Assembly (NCBI RefSeq): GCF_003018255.1 | Contig: NZ_CP027440.1 | Source: Escherichia coli | Lineage (GTDB): Bacteria; Pseudomonadota; Gammaproteobacteria; Enterobacterales; Enterobacteriaceae | Length of the DNA stretch: 64,000 nucleotides | Direction: 5' to 3' (one strand) | In this document: positions 25,968-41,224 of the stretch, one piece after another | Layout of the letters: each line of letters begins with the position of its first letter | Numbering within the stretch: the stretch's first letter is position 1 | Program-made: the position numbers and the translations under genes | Notes under the pieces: generated by a model | Database searches by the model: none | What the model was told of the DNA's origin: nothing | What the model saw: only the letters and a program-made list of their open reading frames with translations

Positions 25968-26900
25968 TTAATCTCCTTTCAGGCAGCTCGCATACTGGTT
26001 GGCTAATTGATTCAGGAATTCTGAATAGCTTGTTTTACCCAGTTTGATATTCGTCCCCAGGGGATCCAACGTTCCCATACGAACGGATGTCCCTCGTGCG
26101 ACGCTCTCAACGACCGCTGGCCTGAACTGTGGCTCAGCAAAAACGCAGGTTGCTTTTTGCTCAACCAACTGTGTTCTTATTTCATGTAAACGCTGCGCGC
26201 CAGGTTGAATCTCAGGGTTAACGGTAAAATGACCAAGCGGTGTCAGTCCGAACTGTTTTTCGAAGTAGCCGTAAGCATCGTGAAAAACGAAATAACCTTT
26301 CCCCTTGAGCGGCGCGAGCTCGTTACCAACCTGCGTTTCGGTTGAGGCTAATTGTGCCTCAAAATCCTTCAGGTTGGCGTCAAGTTTGGCTCGACTTTGC
26401 GGCATAAGTTCCACTAATTTTCCATGGATTGCAACCGCTGTAGCCCGCGCTATCTCTGGGGAAAGCCAAAGATGCATGTTGAAATCGCCGTGATGGTGAT
26501 CTTCGTCACTTTTTTCCGCGTGGTCGTGATCATCATCATCGTCGTGAATACTTTTCATCAGCAGCGGTTTCACATCTTCTAGCTGCGCAATCGTTACCTG
26601 TTTCGCTTCTGGTAATTTACTTACCGGTTTTTGCATGAACGCTTCCATCTCCGGGCCAACCCAAACGACTAAGTCCGCGTTCTGTAAGCGTTTTACATCC
26701 GATGGACGCAGTGAATAATCATGTTCTGAAGCGCCGTCAGGCAGTAAAACCTGCGTTTCTGTTACCCCATCAGCAATGGCAGAAGCGATGAACCCAACGG
26801 GTTTAAGCGAAGCGACAACGGCGGCATCTGCGGCCTGTGTTGCACCGCCCCAGAGAGCGGCGGATAATGCTGCGAAAAGAAGCGTTTTTTTATGTAACAT
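25968..26900 (-). CDS. znuA: Periplasmic zinc-binding protein of ZnuABC
   Basis: 310 aa from [23 protein letters not shown] (signal peptide) with the His/Asp/Glu-rich loop ([20 protein letters not shown]); the ORF track has a 42-codon extension. Confidence 0.9.
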   Translation of the reverse strand: MLHKKTLLFAALSAALWGGATQAADAAVVASLKPVGFIASAIADGVTETQVLLPDGASEHDYSLRPSDVKRLQNADLVVWVGPEMEAFMQKPVSKLPEAKQVTIAQLEDVKPLLMKSIHDDDDDHDHAEKSDEDHHHGDFNMHLWLSPEIARATAVAIHGKLVELMPQSRAKLDANLKDFEAQLASTETQVGNELAPLKGKGYFVFHDAYGYFEKQFGLTPLGHFTVNPEIQPGAQRLHEIRTQLVEQKATCVFAEPQFRPAVVESVARGTSVRMGTLDPLGTNIKLGKTSYSEFLNQLANQYASCLKGD

Positions 26901-26934
26901 AATGCGACCAATCATCGTAATGAATATGAGAACT

Positions 26935-26953
26935 GTGATATTATAACATTTCA
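26935..26953. promoter_or_regulatory. Zur box in the divergent znuA / znuCB promoter region
   Basis: TGTGATATTATAACATTTC, reverse complement GAAATGTTATAATATCACA, a Zur-type palindrome between znuA (start 26900) and znuC (start 26979). Confidence 0.65.
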
Positions 26954-26978
26954 TGACTACTGCAAGACTAAAATTAAC

Positions 26979-27734
26979 ATGACAAGTCTGGTTTCCCTGG
27001 AAAATGTCTCGGTTTCTTTTGGCCAACGCCGCGTCCTCTCTGATGTGTCGCTGGAACTTAAACCTGGAAAAATTTTGACTTTACTTGGGCCAAACGGCGC
27101 AGGTAAGTCGACACTGGTACGGGTAGTGCTCGGGCTGGTAACACCCGATGAAGGGGTTATCAAGCGCAACGGAAAACTGCGCATCGGCTATGTACCGCAG
27201 AAGCTGTATCTCGACACCACGTTGCCACTGACCGTAAACCGTTTTTTACGCTTACGCCCTGGCACACATAAAGAAGATATTTTGCCTGCACTGAAACGTG
27301 TCCAGGCCGGGCATCTGATTAACGCACCGATGCAAAAGCTCTCGGGTGGCGAAACGCAGCGTGTACTGTTAGCGCGAGCATTGTTAAATCGACCGCAATT
27401 ATTAGTGCTGGATGAACCCACTCAGGGCGTGGATGTGAATGGTCAGGTGGCGTTATATGACCTTATTGACCAACTGCGTCACGAACTGGATTGTGGCGTT
27501 TTAATGGTATCTCACGATCTGCATCTGGTAATGGCAAAAACCGATGAAGTGCTTTGCCTGAATCACCACATTTGTTGTTCCGGTACACCGGAAGTTGTTT
27601 CCCTGCATCCGGAGTTTATTTCTATGTTTGGTCCTCGTGGTGCTGAACAACTGGGTATCTATCGCCATCATCATAATCATCGTCACGATTTACAGGGACG
27701 AATTGTTTTGCGTCGGGGAAATGATCGCTCATGA
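26979..27734 (+). CDS. znuC: Zinc ABC transporter ATPase
   Basis: 251 aa with Walker A (GPNGAGKST) and ABC signature (LSGGETQR). Confidence 0.9.
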   Translation: MTSLVSLENVSVSFGQRRVLSDVSLELKPGKILTLLGPNGAGKSTLVRVVLGLVTPDEGVIKRNGKLRIGYVPQKLYLDTTLPLTVNRFLRLRPGTHKEDILPALKRVQAGHLINAPMQKLSGGETQRVLLARALLNRPQLLVLDEPTQGVDVNGQVALYDLIDQLRHELDCGVLMVSHDLHLVMAKTDEVLCLNHHICCSGTPEVVSLHPEFISMFGPRGAEQLGIYRHHHNHRHDLQGRIVLRRGNDRS

Positions 27735-28516
27735 TTGAATTATTATTTCCCGGTTGGTTAGCCGGGATCATGCTCGCCTGTGCCGCGGGTCCGCTGGGTT
27801 CGTTTGTGGTCTGGCGTCGTATGTCTTATTTCGGTGATACGCTGGCTCATGCCTCATTACTTGGCGTCGCGTTTGGTTTGTTGCTGGACGTGAATCCATT
27901 CTATGCGGTGATTGCAGTTACGCTGTTGTTGGCGGGCGGTCTGGTATGGCTGGAGAAGCGCCCACAGCTGGCGATCGACACATTATTAGGGATTATGGCG
28001 CACAGTGCCCTGTCGCTGGGCCTGGTGGTCGTTAGTCTGATGTCTAACATTCGTGTTGATTTGATGGCTTATCTGTTCGGTGATTTGCTGGCAGTGACGC
28101 CAGAAGATCTCATCTCTATTGCGATTGGCGTGGTCATCGTGTTGGCGATTCTGTTCTGGCAATGGCGCAATTTGCTGTCAATGACGATTAGCCCGGATCT
28201 GGCGTTTGTTGATGGTGTGAAATTACAGCGCGTGAAATTGTTGTTGATGCTGGTGACAGCATTGACAATTGGTGTAGCGATGAAATTTGTCGGCGCGTTG
28301 ATTATTACTTCGCTGCTGATTATTCCTGCAGCTACAGCGCGTCGCTTTGCCCGCACGCCGGAACAGATGGCCGGTGTCGCTGTTTTGGTGGGAATGGTGG
28401 CAGTAACTGGCGGTTTAACCTTTTCCGCATTTTACGATACGCCGGCGGGTCCGTCGGTAGTGCTATGTGCGGCACTGTTATTTATTATCAGTATGATGAA
28501 AAAGCAGGCCAGCTAA
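27731..28516 (+). CDS. znuB: Zinc ABC transporter permease
   Basis: 261 aa polytopic membrane protein; 4-nt overlap with znuC. Confidence 0.9.
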   Translation: MIELLFPGWLAGIMLACAAGPLGSFVVWRRMSYFGDTLAHASLLGVAFGLLLDVNPFYAVIAVTLLLAGGLVWLEKRPQLAIDTLLGIMAHSALSLGLVVVSLMSNIRVDLMAYLFGDLLAVTPEDLISIAIGVVIVLAILFWQWRNLLSMTISPDLAFVDGVKLQRVKLLLMLVTALTIGVAMKFVGALIITSLLIIPAATARRFARTPEQMAGVAVLVGMVAVTGGLTFSAFYDTPAGPSVVLCAALLFIISMMKKQAS

Positions 28517-28535
28517 TCTGTCGCTGAACACATTT

Positions 28536-29677
<1,142 letters not shown>

Positions 29678-29682
29678 TTACC

Positions 29683-30294
29683 TCATAACGCGGCGCGTAG
29701 GGCTTCGCGAATTAATGTTTCACTGCTGGCGTCAGGGCGAGCGATTTTGCTCACCATACGGCTTGCTTCTTGTGGTTTATAGCCCAGCGCCACCAGCGCA
29801 GCAACCGCTTCCTGTTCAGCATCGTCGGTCGCCGGGCTGGCAGGTGACGTGAGTACCAGGTCGGCGGCTGGCGTAAAGAGATCGCCATGCAAACCTTTAA
29901 ATCGGTCTTTCATTTCGACAATCAAGCGTTCGGCGGTTTTTTTGCCAATACCCGGCAGTTTCACCAGTGCCCCCACTTCTTCACGCTCAACGGCATTAAC
30001 GAACTGCTGCGCTGACATTCCGGAGAGGATCGCCAGCGCCAACTTCGGGCCGACGCCGTTGGTTTTGATCAACTCTTTGAACAACGTGCGCTCTTGTTTA
30101 TTGTTAAAACCGTACAGCAGTTGCGCGTCTTCACGCACCACAAAGTGGGTGAAAACGATCGCTTCCTGACCCGCTTCAGGGAGTTCATAAAAACAGGTCA
30201 TCGGCATATGCACTTCATAGCCTACGCCGCCCACTTCAATTAACACCAGCGGGGGTTGTTTTTCAATGATGATGCCTCTGAGTCTGCCTATCAC
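29683..30294 (-). CDS. ruvA: Holliday junction DNA-binding protein RuvA
   Basis: 203 aa [28 protein letters not shown]... Confidence 0.95.
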   Translation of the reverse strand: MIGRLRGIIIEKQPPLVLIEVGGVGYEVHMPMTCFYELPEAGQEAIVFTHFVVREDAQLLYGFNNKQERTLFKELIKTNGVGPKLALAILSGMSAQQFVNAVEREEVGALVKLPGIGKKTAERLIVEMKDRFKGLHGDLFTPAADLVLTSPASPATDDAEQEAVAALVALGYKPQEASRMVSKIARPDASSETLIREALRAAL

Positions 30295-30346
30295 ATGACG
30301 CTCCTGCGTAATGAATCAAAGATAATGCTGTATGATAAAAAAATGC

Positions 30347-30362
30347 TGGATAGATATCCAGC
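30347..30362. promoter_or_regulatory. LexA (SOS) box of the ruvAB promoter
   Basis: CTGGATAGATATCCAG, a CTG-N10-CAG perfect palindrome about 55 bp upstream of ruvA; the 20-mer context CGCTGGATATCTATCCAGCA matches the ruvAB SOS box as I recall it. Confidence 0.75.
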
Positions 30363-30568
30363 GAAGGATGAAGAAAACTTGCGAGGTGTCCCGATGATCT
30401 GAAAAATGGCGCAGTATAATTTATTCTACAGATTATATTGGAAGCAAATATTTAAATATTACATATTCAGCGAAGAAATGTGTAATAAAAATACACATCG
30501 CGACCCCTGAAAAAATAAATTTTTTATGCTATTACGTATATTCATATCTATTTCAATGGAATGACAAC

Positions 30569-31171
30569 GTGAATATTAATTATCCTGCTGAATATGAAAT
30601 TGGTGATATCGTCTTTACATGTATAGGTGCTACCTTATTTGGTCAAATATCAGCTGCATCAAATTGCTGGAGTAATCACGTCGGGATCATTATCGGTCAT
30701 AACGGTGAAGACTTCCTGGTTGCAGAAAGCCGGGTTCCCCTTTCAACCATCACCACGCTATCTCGTTTTATTAAACGTTCGTCTAATCAACGCTATGCTA
30801 TAAAGCGATTAGACGCTGGGCTGACAGAACAACAAAAACAACGAATTGTTGAACAGGTTCCCTCCCGGCTACGCAAACTTTACCACACCGGTTTTAAATA
30901 CGAATCTTCGCGCCAGTTCTGTTCAAAATTTGTTTTTGATATTTATAAAGAAGCGCTATGTATTCCGGTGGGTGAAATAGAGACGTTTGGAGAATTGTTA
31001 AATAGCAATCCGAATGCAAAACTCACTTTCTGGAAATTCTGGTTCTTAGGTTCTATTCCGTGGGAGCGTAAAACCGTCACGCCAGCCAGTTTGTGGCATC
31101 ATCCGGGTTTGGTGTTGATTCATGCGGAGGGAGTGGAAACGCCTCAGCCGGAACTGACCGAGGCGGTATAA
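30569..31171 (+). CDS. yebB: Uncharacterised YebB; probable permuted papain-fold (DUF830, YiiX/YaeF-like) hydrolase
   Basis: 200 aa from a GTG start; His motif ([11 protein letters not shown]) precedes the Cys motif ([10 protein letters not shown]), the permuted order typical of the family. The gene is markedly AT-rich compared with the flanking ruv genes. Confidence 0.7.
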   Translation: MNINYPAEYEIGDIVFTCIGATLFGQISAASNCWSNHVGIIIGHNGEDFLVAESRVPLSTITTLSRFIKRSSNQRYAIKRLDAGLTEQQKQRIVEQVPSRLRKLYHTGFKYESSRQFCSKFVFDIYKEALCIPVGEIETFGELLNSNPNAKLTFWKFWFLGSIPWERKTVTPASLWHHPGLVLIHAEGVETPQPELTEAV

Positions 31172-31172
31172 C

Positions 31173-31694
31173 TTAACGCAGTCGCCCTCTCGCCAGGTTC
31201 AGCCGCGATTCGCTCATCTGCATCGCATTCTGACTGACGTGACAATGGGTAATCGCGATAGCTAATGCATCGGCAGCATCCGCCTGTGGATTAGCGGGCA
31301 GTTTCAGCAAGGTGCGGACCATATGCTGCACCTGGCTTTTTTCGGCACTACCAATACCTACCACCGTTTGCTTTACCTGACGTGCCGCATATTCAAATAC
31401 CGGCAATTCCTGATTCACCGCTGCCACAATCGCCACGCCGCGCGCCTGACCCAGTTTCAGGGCTGAGTCAGCGTTCTTCGCCATAAAGACTTGTTCAATG
31501 GCGAAATAATCAGGCTGGAACTGGGTGATGATTTCCGTCACGCCCGCATAGATGAGCTTCAGACGAGACGGTAAATCATCCACTTTGGTGCGTATGCATC
31601 CGCTACCCAGGTAGGACAGTTGCCTGCCTACCTGGCGGATGACGCCATAGCCGGTCACGCGCGAACCCGGGTCAATGCCGAGAATAATAGCCAT
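31173..31694 (-). CDS. ruvC: Holliday junction resolvase RuvC
   Basis: 173 aa from [18 protein letters not shown] (RNase H-fold resolvase). Confidence 0.9.
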
Positions 31695-31728
31695 CACGCG
31701 TCTCCGTTTTGCTGTTTAGCAGGCCTCA

Positions 31729-32469
31729 TCAGAGAGTCGCTGCAACCTCATCAGAGATTTCACCGTTATGGTAAACTTCCTGCACGTCGTCGCAATCTTC
31801 CAGCATATCGATCAGACGCATCAGTTTCGGTGCGGTTTCTGCATCCATATCAGCTTTGGTGGACGGGATCATGGAAACTTCCGCGCTGTCTGCTTTCAGA
31901 CCTGCCGCTTCCAGAGCGTCGCGTACTTTGCCCATTTCTTCCCATGCAGTGTAGACATCAATCGCGCCGTCATCATAGGTCACAACGTCTTCAGCACCGG
32001 CTTCCAGGGCTGCTTCCATGATGGTGTCTTCATCGCCTTTCTCGAAGGAGATCACGCCTTTTTTGCTGAACAGATAAGCTACGGAACCATCAGTACCGAG
32101 GTTACCGCCACATTTACTGAATGCATGGCGCACTTCAGCAACGGTACGGTTGCGGTTGTCAGACAGACATTCAATCATGATTGCCGTGCCGCCAGGACCG
32201 TAACCTTCGTAGATGATGGTTTCCATGTTTGCATCATCATCACCGCCCACACCTCGTGCAATTGCGCGGTTCAGAGTGTCACGGGTCATGTTGTTAGACA
32301 GTGCTTTATCAATTGCTGCACGCAGACGCGGGTTAGCGTCCGGATCACCACCGCCCAGCTTAGCCGCGGTTACCAGCTCACGAATGATTTTAGTGAAGAT
32401 TTTACCGCGCTTAGCATCCTGCGCAGCTTTACGATGTCTGGTGTTGGCCCATTTACTATGACCTGCCAT
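31729..32469 (-). CDS. yebC: YebC/PmpR-family transcriptional regulator
   Basis: 246 aa [27 protein letters not shown]..., the family signature. Confidence 0.9.
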
Positions 32470-32497
32470 AAAAATATCTCCAGATAGCCCTGCCTGT

Positions 32498-32941
32498 TCA
32501 GGCAGCGTTAATTACAAACTGTTCAATCGCCTGCCGGTTGCTCCAGGACTTAGTGAGCGCCGCAGCAGCAGGCGCGTCAAGCCACTTGTAAGCCAGATGT
32601 TCAGTGAAAACGATCTGGCGCTCGTGCGGGAGCGCAAGACAGAACCATGATTCCGTATTACGCGTCACGCCCGGCGCATAGCGATGACGTAAATGTGAAA
32701 AAATTTCAAACTCTACCGTGCGCTGACAGTCAATTAAGGTCAGTTGTTCAGCGACAACATCAATGGTGACCTCTTCCTTTACTTCGCGCATGGCAGCTTG
32801 CGGCGCGGTTTCACCCTCTTCCACGCTGCCGGTTACCGACTGCCAGAAATCGGGATCGTCACGCCGCTGCAACATCAGCACCCGTTTCGTATCTTGTGCG
32901 TAGATGACCACTAAGATCGAAACGGGACGCTTATAAGCCAT
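32498..32941 (-). CDS. nudB: Dihydroneopterin triphosphate pyrophosphatase (Nudix)
   Basis: 147 aa with Nudix box ([21 protein letters not shown]). Confidence 0.85.
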
Positions 32942-32942
32942 A

Positions 32943-34715
32943 TCAGTTATTCTCAGCCTTCTTCACAACCTGAATGCTCAGCTCAGCCAGTGCAGTCGGG
33001 TTAGCAAAGCTCGGTGCTTCAGTCATCAGACACGCTGCCGCCGTGGTTTTCGGGAAGGCGATAACGTCACGGATATTGTCGGTGCCGGTCAGCAGCATGG
33101 TCAGACGGTCAAGACCGAATGCCAGACCTGCGTGCGGCGGAGTACCGTATTTCAGGGCGTCGAGCAGGAAGCCGAATTTCTCGCGCTGTTCCTCTTCGTT
33201 GATACCCAGAATACCAAACACCGTCTGCTGCATATCACCATTATGGATACGCACAGAACCACCGCCCACTTCGTAACCATTGATGACCATATCGTAAGCG
33301 TTCGCCACCGCATTTTCTGGTGCAGCTTTCAGTTCTGCAGCAGTCATGTCTTTCGGTGAGGTGAACGGATGGTGCATTGCCGTCAGGCCGCCTTCACCGT
33401 CGTCTTCAAACATCGGGAAATCGATAACCCACAGCGGTGCCCATTTGCTTTCGTCGGTCAGACCAAGGTCTTTACCCACTTTCAGGCGCAGTGCGCCCAT
33501 CGCGTCGGCAACAATTTTCTTATTGTCGGCACCGAAGAAAATCATATCGCCATCTTGCGCGGCAGTACGATCCAGGATGGCTTCGATGATTTCTGCATTA
33601 AGGAACTTAGCTACCGGGCTGTTGATACCTTCCAGACCTTTCGCGCGTTCGTTAACTTTGATGTAAGCCAGACCTTTCGCGCCGTAGATTTTAACGAAGT
33701 TACCGTATTCGTCGATCTGCTTACGGGTCAGCGATGCGCCACCCGGAACACGCAGAGCGGCAACGCGACCTTTCGGATCGTTCGCCGGACCTGCAAATAC
33801 TGCAAACTCAACAGATTTCAGCAGATCGGCAACGTCGGTGAGTTCCATCGGGTTACGCAGATCCGGTTTATCAGAACCATAACGGCGTTCTGCTTCTGCA
33901 AAGGTCATTACCGGGAAATCGCCCAGATCCACGCCCTTCACTTCCAGCCACAGATGACGCACCAGCGCTTCCATCACTTCACGCACTTGCGGCGCGGTCA
34001 TGAAAGAGGTTTCCACATCGATCTGAGTAAATTCAGGTTGACGATCAGCGCGCAGGTCTTCGTCACGGAAGCATTTAACGATCTGATAGTAGCGGTCAAA
34101 ACCGGACATCATCAGCAGCTGTTTGAACAACTGCGGGGATTGCGGCAGCGCGTAGAATTTACCTTTGTGCACACGAGAAGGCACCAGGTAGTCACGCGCG
34201 CCTTCCGGCGTGGCTTTAGTCAGCATCGGAGTTTCGATGTCGAGGAAGCCGTGGTCATCCATAAAACGACGTACCAGGCTGGTGATTTTAGCGCGGGTTT
34301 TCAGGCGCTGAGCCATTTCCGGGCGACGCAGGTCAAGATAGCGGTACTTCAGACGCGCTTCTTCGGTGTTGACGTGGTTAGAGTCAAGCGGCAGAACGTC
34401 TGCGCGGTTGATGATGGTCAGCGAGGACGCCAGCACTTCGATTTCGCCGGTCGCCATATCGCGGTTAATATTTTTTTCGTCACGCGCACGTACGGTGCCC
34501 GTGACCTGAATGCAGAACTCATTACGCAGTTCAGAGGCCAGCTTTAACGCGTCCGCACGATCCGGATCGAAAAATACCTGCACGATACCTTCGCGGTCGC
34601 GCATATCGATGAAGATCAGGCTACCAAGATCACGACGACGGTTGACCCAACCACACAGAGTCACCTGCTGCCCCACGTGGGACAAACGGAGCTGTCCACA
34701 ATATTCTGTACGCAT
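32943..34715 (-). CDS. aspS: Aspartate--tRNA ligase
   Basis: 590 aa [31 protein letters not shown]..., class II aaRS. Confidence 0.95.
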
Positions 34716-35024
34716 GAGATATCCCTTAACTTAGCTGCCGGCGGATGCCCCCTGCTGCGCAGGTGACCAAGTCGCAGCGTTAGCTGTATGTCACAACTGA
34801 ATGAAAAAAGGCGGCTATTATACTGGAAATTCTGCCGCACCGTAAGAGCCTGGCCCGCGCTGGAACGCCTCGTTACCACTTTATATCGGGCCTGAAATCA
34901 GACTCTACGCCAGTTTGCTATAAAGGTGTTGCCCGAACTCATAAAAATTAACAAAATTTGTCGTTCCGCCATCGGCTAATCGCATTAAGGTGAGAGGCAC
35001 GATTTTGTTTTGTCAGGAGTCATC

Positions 35025-35591
35025 ATGCTTGAACTTAATGCTAAAACCACCGCGCTGGTGGTGATTGATTTACAAGAAGGCATCTTACCTTTTGCCGGTG
35101 GCCCGCATACTGCCGATGAGGTGGTTAATCGCGCCGGGAAGCTGGCGGCGAAATTTCGCGCGAGTGGTCAGCCCGTGTTTCTGGTGCGCGTTGGCTGGTC
35201 TGCCGATTATGCCGAAGCATTAAAACAGCCGGTTGATGCCCCTTCCCCCGCTAAAGTGTTACCCGAAAACTGGTGGCAACATCCTGCTGCATTAGGTGCA
35301 ACCGACAGCGATATCGAAATCATCAAACGTCAATGGGGTGCGTTTTACGGTACGGATCTGGAGTTGCAATTACGCCGCCGGGGTATCGATACAATAGTAT
35401 TATGTGGGATCTCGACCAATATCGGTGTTGAATCCACCGCCCGCAATGCCTGGGAACTCGGTTTTAATCTGGTGATTGCCGAAGACGCCTGCAGCGCCGC
35501 CAGCGCCGAGCAGCACAATAACAGCATCAACCATATCTACCCACGCATCGCCCGTGTGCGCAGTGTGGAAGAGATCCTCAACGCATTATGA
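35025..35591 (+). CDS. yecD: Isochorismatase-family hydrolase YecD
   Basis: 188 aa from [19 protein letters not shown] (isochorismatase/CSHase fold motif with downstream Cys: [14 protein letters not shown]). Confidence 0.8.
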
Positions 35592-36406
35592 TTTACATCG
35601 GTCTGCCGCAATGGTCGCATCCTAAATGGGTGCGGTTGGGGATCACCAGCCTTGAAGAGTATGCCCGCCACTTTAACTGTGTGGAGGGTAACACCACGCT
35701 TTATGCCCTGCCGAAACCCGAGGTTGTCCTGCGCTGGCGTGAGCAGACCACAGATGACTTCCGCTTCTGTTTTAAGTTTCCGGCGACCATTTCGCATCAG
35801 GCAGCATTACGGCATTGCGATGATTTAGTGACTGAATTTTTGACCCGCATATCACCGTTGGCTCCGCGCATTGGACAATACTGGCTGCAACTGCCTGCCA
35901 CATTCGGCCCACGGGAGCTGCCTGCGCTTTGGCATTTTCTCGATTCTCTTCCCGGCGAATTTAATTATGGTGTGGAAGTCCGCCATCCACAGTTTTTCGC
36001 CAAAGGGGAAGAGGAACAAACGCTTAATCGCGGTTTACATCAGCGCGGCGTTAATCGGGTGATTTTAGACAGCCGCCCGGTTCATGCAGCACGTCCACAC
36101 AGTGAAGCTATTCGCGACGCTCAACGAAAAAAACCTAAAGTTCCGGTACATGCTGTACTGACGGCGAAAAATCCACTGATCCGTTTTATCGGTAGTGATG
36201 ATATGACGCAAAACCGGGAATTATTTCAGGTCTGGTTACAAAAATTAGCGCAGTGGCATCAGACCACTACGCCTTATCTTTTTTTACATACGCCAGATAT
36301 TGCCCAGGCCCCGGAACTGGTACATACCCTGTGGGAAGACTTACGTAAAACGCTTCCAGAGATCGGAGCAGTTCCGGCTATTCCACAGCAATCTTCTCTT
36401 TTCTGA
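35588..36406 (+). CDS. yecE: DUF72-family protein YecE
   Basis: 272 aa [15 protein letters not shown]...; 4-nt overlap with yecD. Confidence 0.8.
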
Positions 36407-36458
36407 ATTTGCCACCTATCATAGACAGGTGCCATCGGCCATTTTAAAGGGAGTTTGT

Positions 36459-38606
<2,148 letters not shown>

Positions 38607-38618
38607 AGGTCTGGTATT

Positions 38619-38721
38619 ACTGCCGGATGCGGCGTGAACGCCTTATCCGGCCTACAAAACCTTGCTAATTCAATATATTGCAGGGACTATGTAGGCCTTA
38701 TAAGCATAGCGCATCAGGCAG
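38619..38721. repeat. REP pair (BIME) between cmoB and torZ
   Basis: TGCCGGATGCGGCGTGAACGCCTTATCCGGCCTAC, then an inverted copy (GTAGGCCTTATAAGCATAGCGCATCAGGCA); followed by a GC hairpin plus T-tract at about 38731-38758. Confidence 0.6.
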
Positions 38722-38770
38722 TTTTACGTTTGCATAACCTCAGCGCCCGTTTCCGGGCGCTTTTCACGTC

Positions 38771-41200
38771 TTATGCCTGAACAGCTGGCTGATCAAACGC
38801 CGTTAACTTCGGTGCATTGCCCGTATATTTTTCGATATACACCAGCGCAGAGTTACCGGCACAGGCATTTGCCAGCTGAGAGCTGGGGATATCCGCCGTT
38901 AACACGTTCGCACTGCCGTTTTTACACAAGCCATTTTCCAGATCTGGCCATGCACCTTCATGCACGCATACCACGCCTTTTTTGATCCCGTCAGTCACCA
39001 CCGCGCCTGTCAGAATCTGACCACGTTTGTTCCAGACACGCACCAGATCGCCATTCGCAATACCAAAGCGAGCAGCATCTTCGGTGTGAATAGTGATCGG
39101 TTCACGATCGGCAACCGCATATTTTTTACGCAGTTCCGCATAGTTAAGCTGACTGTGTAAACGGTGTGCCGGATGTGCGGTCAGAAGCTGCAACTGCTTC
39201 TCGTCGGCGGAACCTTTCCACTCATCAGGCGCAAGCCAGGTTGGGTGTGCCGGGCAATCCTTATAGCCAAATTTTTCCAGCGTTTTGGAGTAAATCTCAA
39301 TTTTGCCGCTTGGCGTACCCAGCGCATTTTTCACCGGATCGGCGCGGAAATCACCATAACGAACGTATTGTTCGTTCTTCTCACTGCGGCGCATTTCGAT
39401 CAGTTTATTTTGCTGCCAGAAAGCATTAAACATCGGCATAGTCACGCGTTGCGCACGGGCACCTTTCTGAGCGGCATCATAGAAAAATTTCAGCCACGCC
39501 ATTTCATCTTTACCTTCGGTATAGATCTCTTTTCCGCCAGGTTTGAGTAATTCAGCAAGATCGGCAAACACGTCAAAATCGTTGCGCGCTTCAAATTGCG
39601 CAGCGACAGCCTGCTTCATCGGCACAATATGCTGGTTGCTGTAATCACCGGTCATCGTCAGGTCATTGCGCTCAAACGATGTGGTGATCGGTAATACGAT
39701 ATCTGCATGTTTAGCAGCTGCGGTCCAGTAGCATTCAGAAACGACGATCATCTCCGGTTTCTGCCATGCTTTAATCAGACGATTAGTATCCTGGTGATGG
39801 GTAAAGTTACCGCCACCCGCCCACCAGATCATTTTGATATTTGGGTACGTTTGCTCTTTACCGTTATGCTGATATTTGCCGCCAGGATTTTCCAGCGCAT
39901 CGACAATACGGGCGACCGGAATCGCGGTCATTCCGCCATCATCAGCTTCCTCACTTGCCTGTCCGGCAATCGCCGCAGACATTTCTGGCAGTACGCCGCC
40001 AACTCGCGTCGGATTGCCACCGTTGGAGTAATGATAAGAGAATCCAAAACCGCCGCCCGGTGTACCAATTTGCCCTAACATCGCCGCCAGCGTCACCAGC
40101 ATCCAGTGTTTCTGTTCACCGTATTGCTGGCGTTGGATCCCCCAGCCTGCCATCAGCATCGTGCGATTCGCCGCCATCAGTTCTGCAAGTTTGACAATCT
40201 GCGCTTCCGGTACGCCAGTAATTTCCGCCGCCCAGGCCGCGCTCTTCGGCGTATTATCGCTCTTACCTGTCAGATACTCTTCAAACTGCGGATACCCGGT
40301 AGTGTATTTTTCAAGGAACACTTTATCGTGTTTGCCTTGTGTCATCAGGGTATGCGCAATCCCTAACATCAGTGCCACGTCGGTGCCCATATTCGGTGCG
40401 ATCCAGGTGGCATTATCGCCAAAGAATTCGATGGTTTCGGAGCAGATAGGATCAATGGCAATCACTGGTTTGCCAGATTTTTTCAGCTGATGGAAGTATT
40501 CCAGCCCTTGCTCATCGGTACTGCTCCAGGCAATTTTGAGCGTGTTCAGCGGGTTCATCCCCCACAGCACCACAACCTGGCTGTTTTCCAGAATCAGCGG
40601 CCAGGAGGTCTGCTGTTCATACACCTCCACGGAACCCACCACATGCGGCATGATCACCTGTGCCGCCCCGGTTGAATAATCGCCGCTATGCCCGGAATAA
40701 CCGCCCGCAAGGTTCATATAACGTTGCAGTAAGGTTTGCGCTTTATGCAACACGCCAGAAGATCGCCAGCCGTAAGATCCGGCAAAAATGGCCGATGGTC
40801 CGTTAGATTTACGAATACGATCGTGTTGCTCATGAATCAGTTTTAATGCTTGTTCCCAGCTCACCTGTACATAGGTATCTTCGCCACGACCTTTCACCGG
40901 TTGCAGTGGATTATCGAGATAGCTTTTTCTCACCATCGGATGCTGAATACGCGCCGTGGTGTGTACCTGATCTGCCGCCGTAGACTGTAAGGAGTTCGGT
41001 ATGGTCTTCGCCAGCGCGCCTGTCGAAGAAACAATCTTGCCGTCCTTCACTTCTACGTTCATCGCTCCCCAACGGCCTGCGGTGAGAATTTTGCCGCCCT
41101 TCTCTTCTGCCCATGCGGGTAGCGGTGCAGCCGATGTCACCACCAGCGTCCCAGCGGCAATACCGCTGTGTTTAATAAATTCACGTCTTGTTAATGTCAT
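38771..41200 (-). CDS. torZ: TMAO / S- and N-oxide reductase, molybdopterin catalytic subunit
   Basis: 809 aa from [21 protein letters not shown] (Tat signal). Matches TorZ/BisZ. Confidence 0.9.
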   Translation of the reverse strand: MTLTRREFIKHSGIAAGTLVVTSAAPLPAWAEEKGGKILTAGRWGAMNVEVKDGKIVSSTGALAKTIPNSLQSTAADQVHTTARIQHPMVRKSYLDNPLQPVKGRGEDTYVQVSWEQALKLIHEQHDRIRKSNGPSAIFAGSYGWRSSGVLHKAQTLLQRYMNLAGGYSGHSGDYSTGAAQVIMPHVVGSVEVYEQQTSWPLILENSQVVVLWGMNPLNTLKIAWSSTDEQGLEYFHQLKKSGKPVIAIDPICSETIEFFGDNATWIAPNMGTDVALMLGIAHTLMTQGKHDKVFLEKYTTGYPQFEEYLTGKSDNTPKSAAWAAEITGVPEAQIVKLAELMAANRTMLMAGWGIQRQQYGEQKHWMLVTLAAMLGQIGTPGGGFGFSYHYSNGGNPTRVGGVLPEMSAAIAGQASEEADDGGMTAIPVARIVDALENPGGKYQHNGKEQTYPNIKMIWWAGGGNFTHHQDTNRLIKAWQKPEMIVVSECYWTAAAKHADIVLPITTSFERNDLTMTGDYSNQHIVPMKQAVAAQFEARNDFDVFADLAELLKPGGKEIYTEGKDEMAWLKFFYDAAQKGARAQRVTMPMFNAFWQQNKLIEMRRSEKNEQYVRYGDFRADPVKNALGTPSGKIEIYSKTLEKFGYKDCPAHPTWLAPDEWKGSADEKQLQLLTAHPAHRLHSQLNYAELRKKYAVADREPITIHTEDAARFGIANGDLVRVWNKRGQILTGAVVTDGIKKGVVCVHEGAWPDLENGLCKNGSANVLTADIPSSQLANACAGNSALVYIEKYTGNAPKLTAFDQPAVQA

Positions 41201-41224
41201 AACTTCCTCCCTGATCAACGAGGA

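Noticed and set aside
31768-32487. 239-aa plus-strand ORF
   Set aside because: Antisense to the conserved yebC regulator gene; Cys and His-rich low-complexity translation typical of antisense frames.
33369-34547. 392-aa plus-strand ORF
   Set aside because: Lies entirely antisense to aspS, a universally conserved tRNA ligase gene; its translation is low-complexity with no recognisable domain. Such long antisense frames are common opposite GC3-rich genes.
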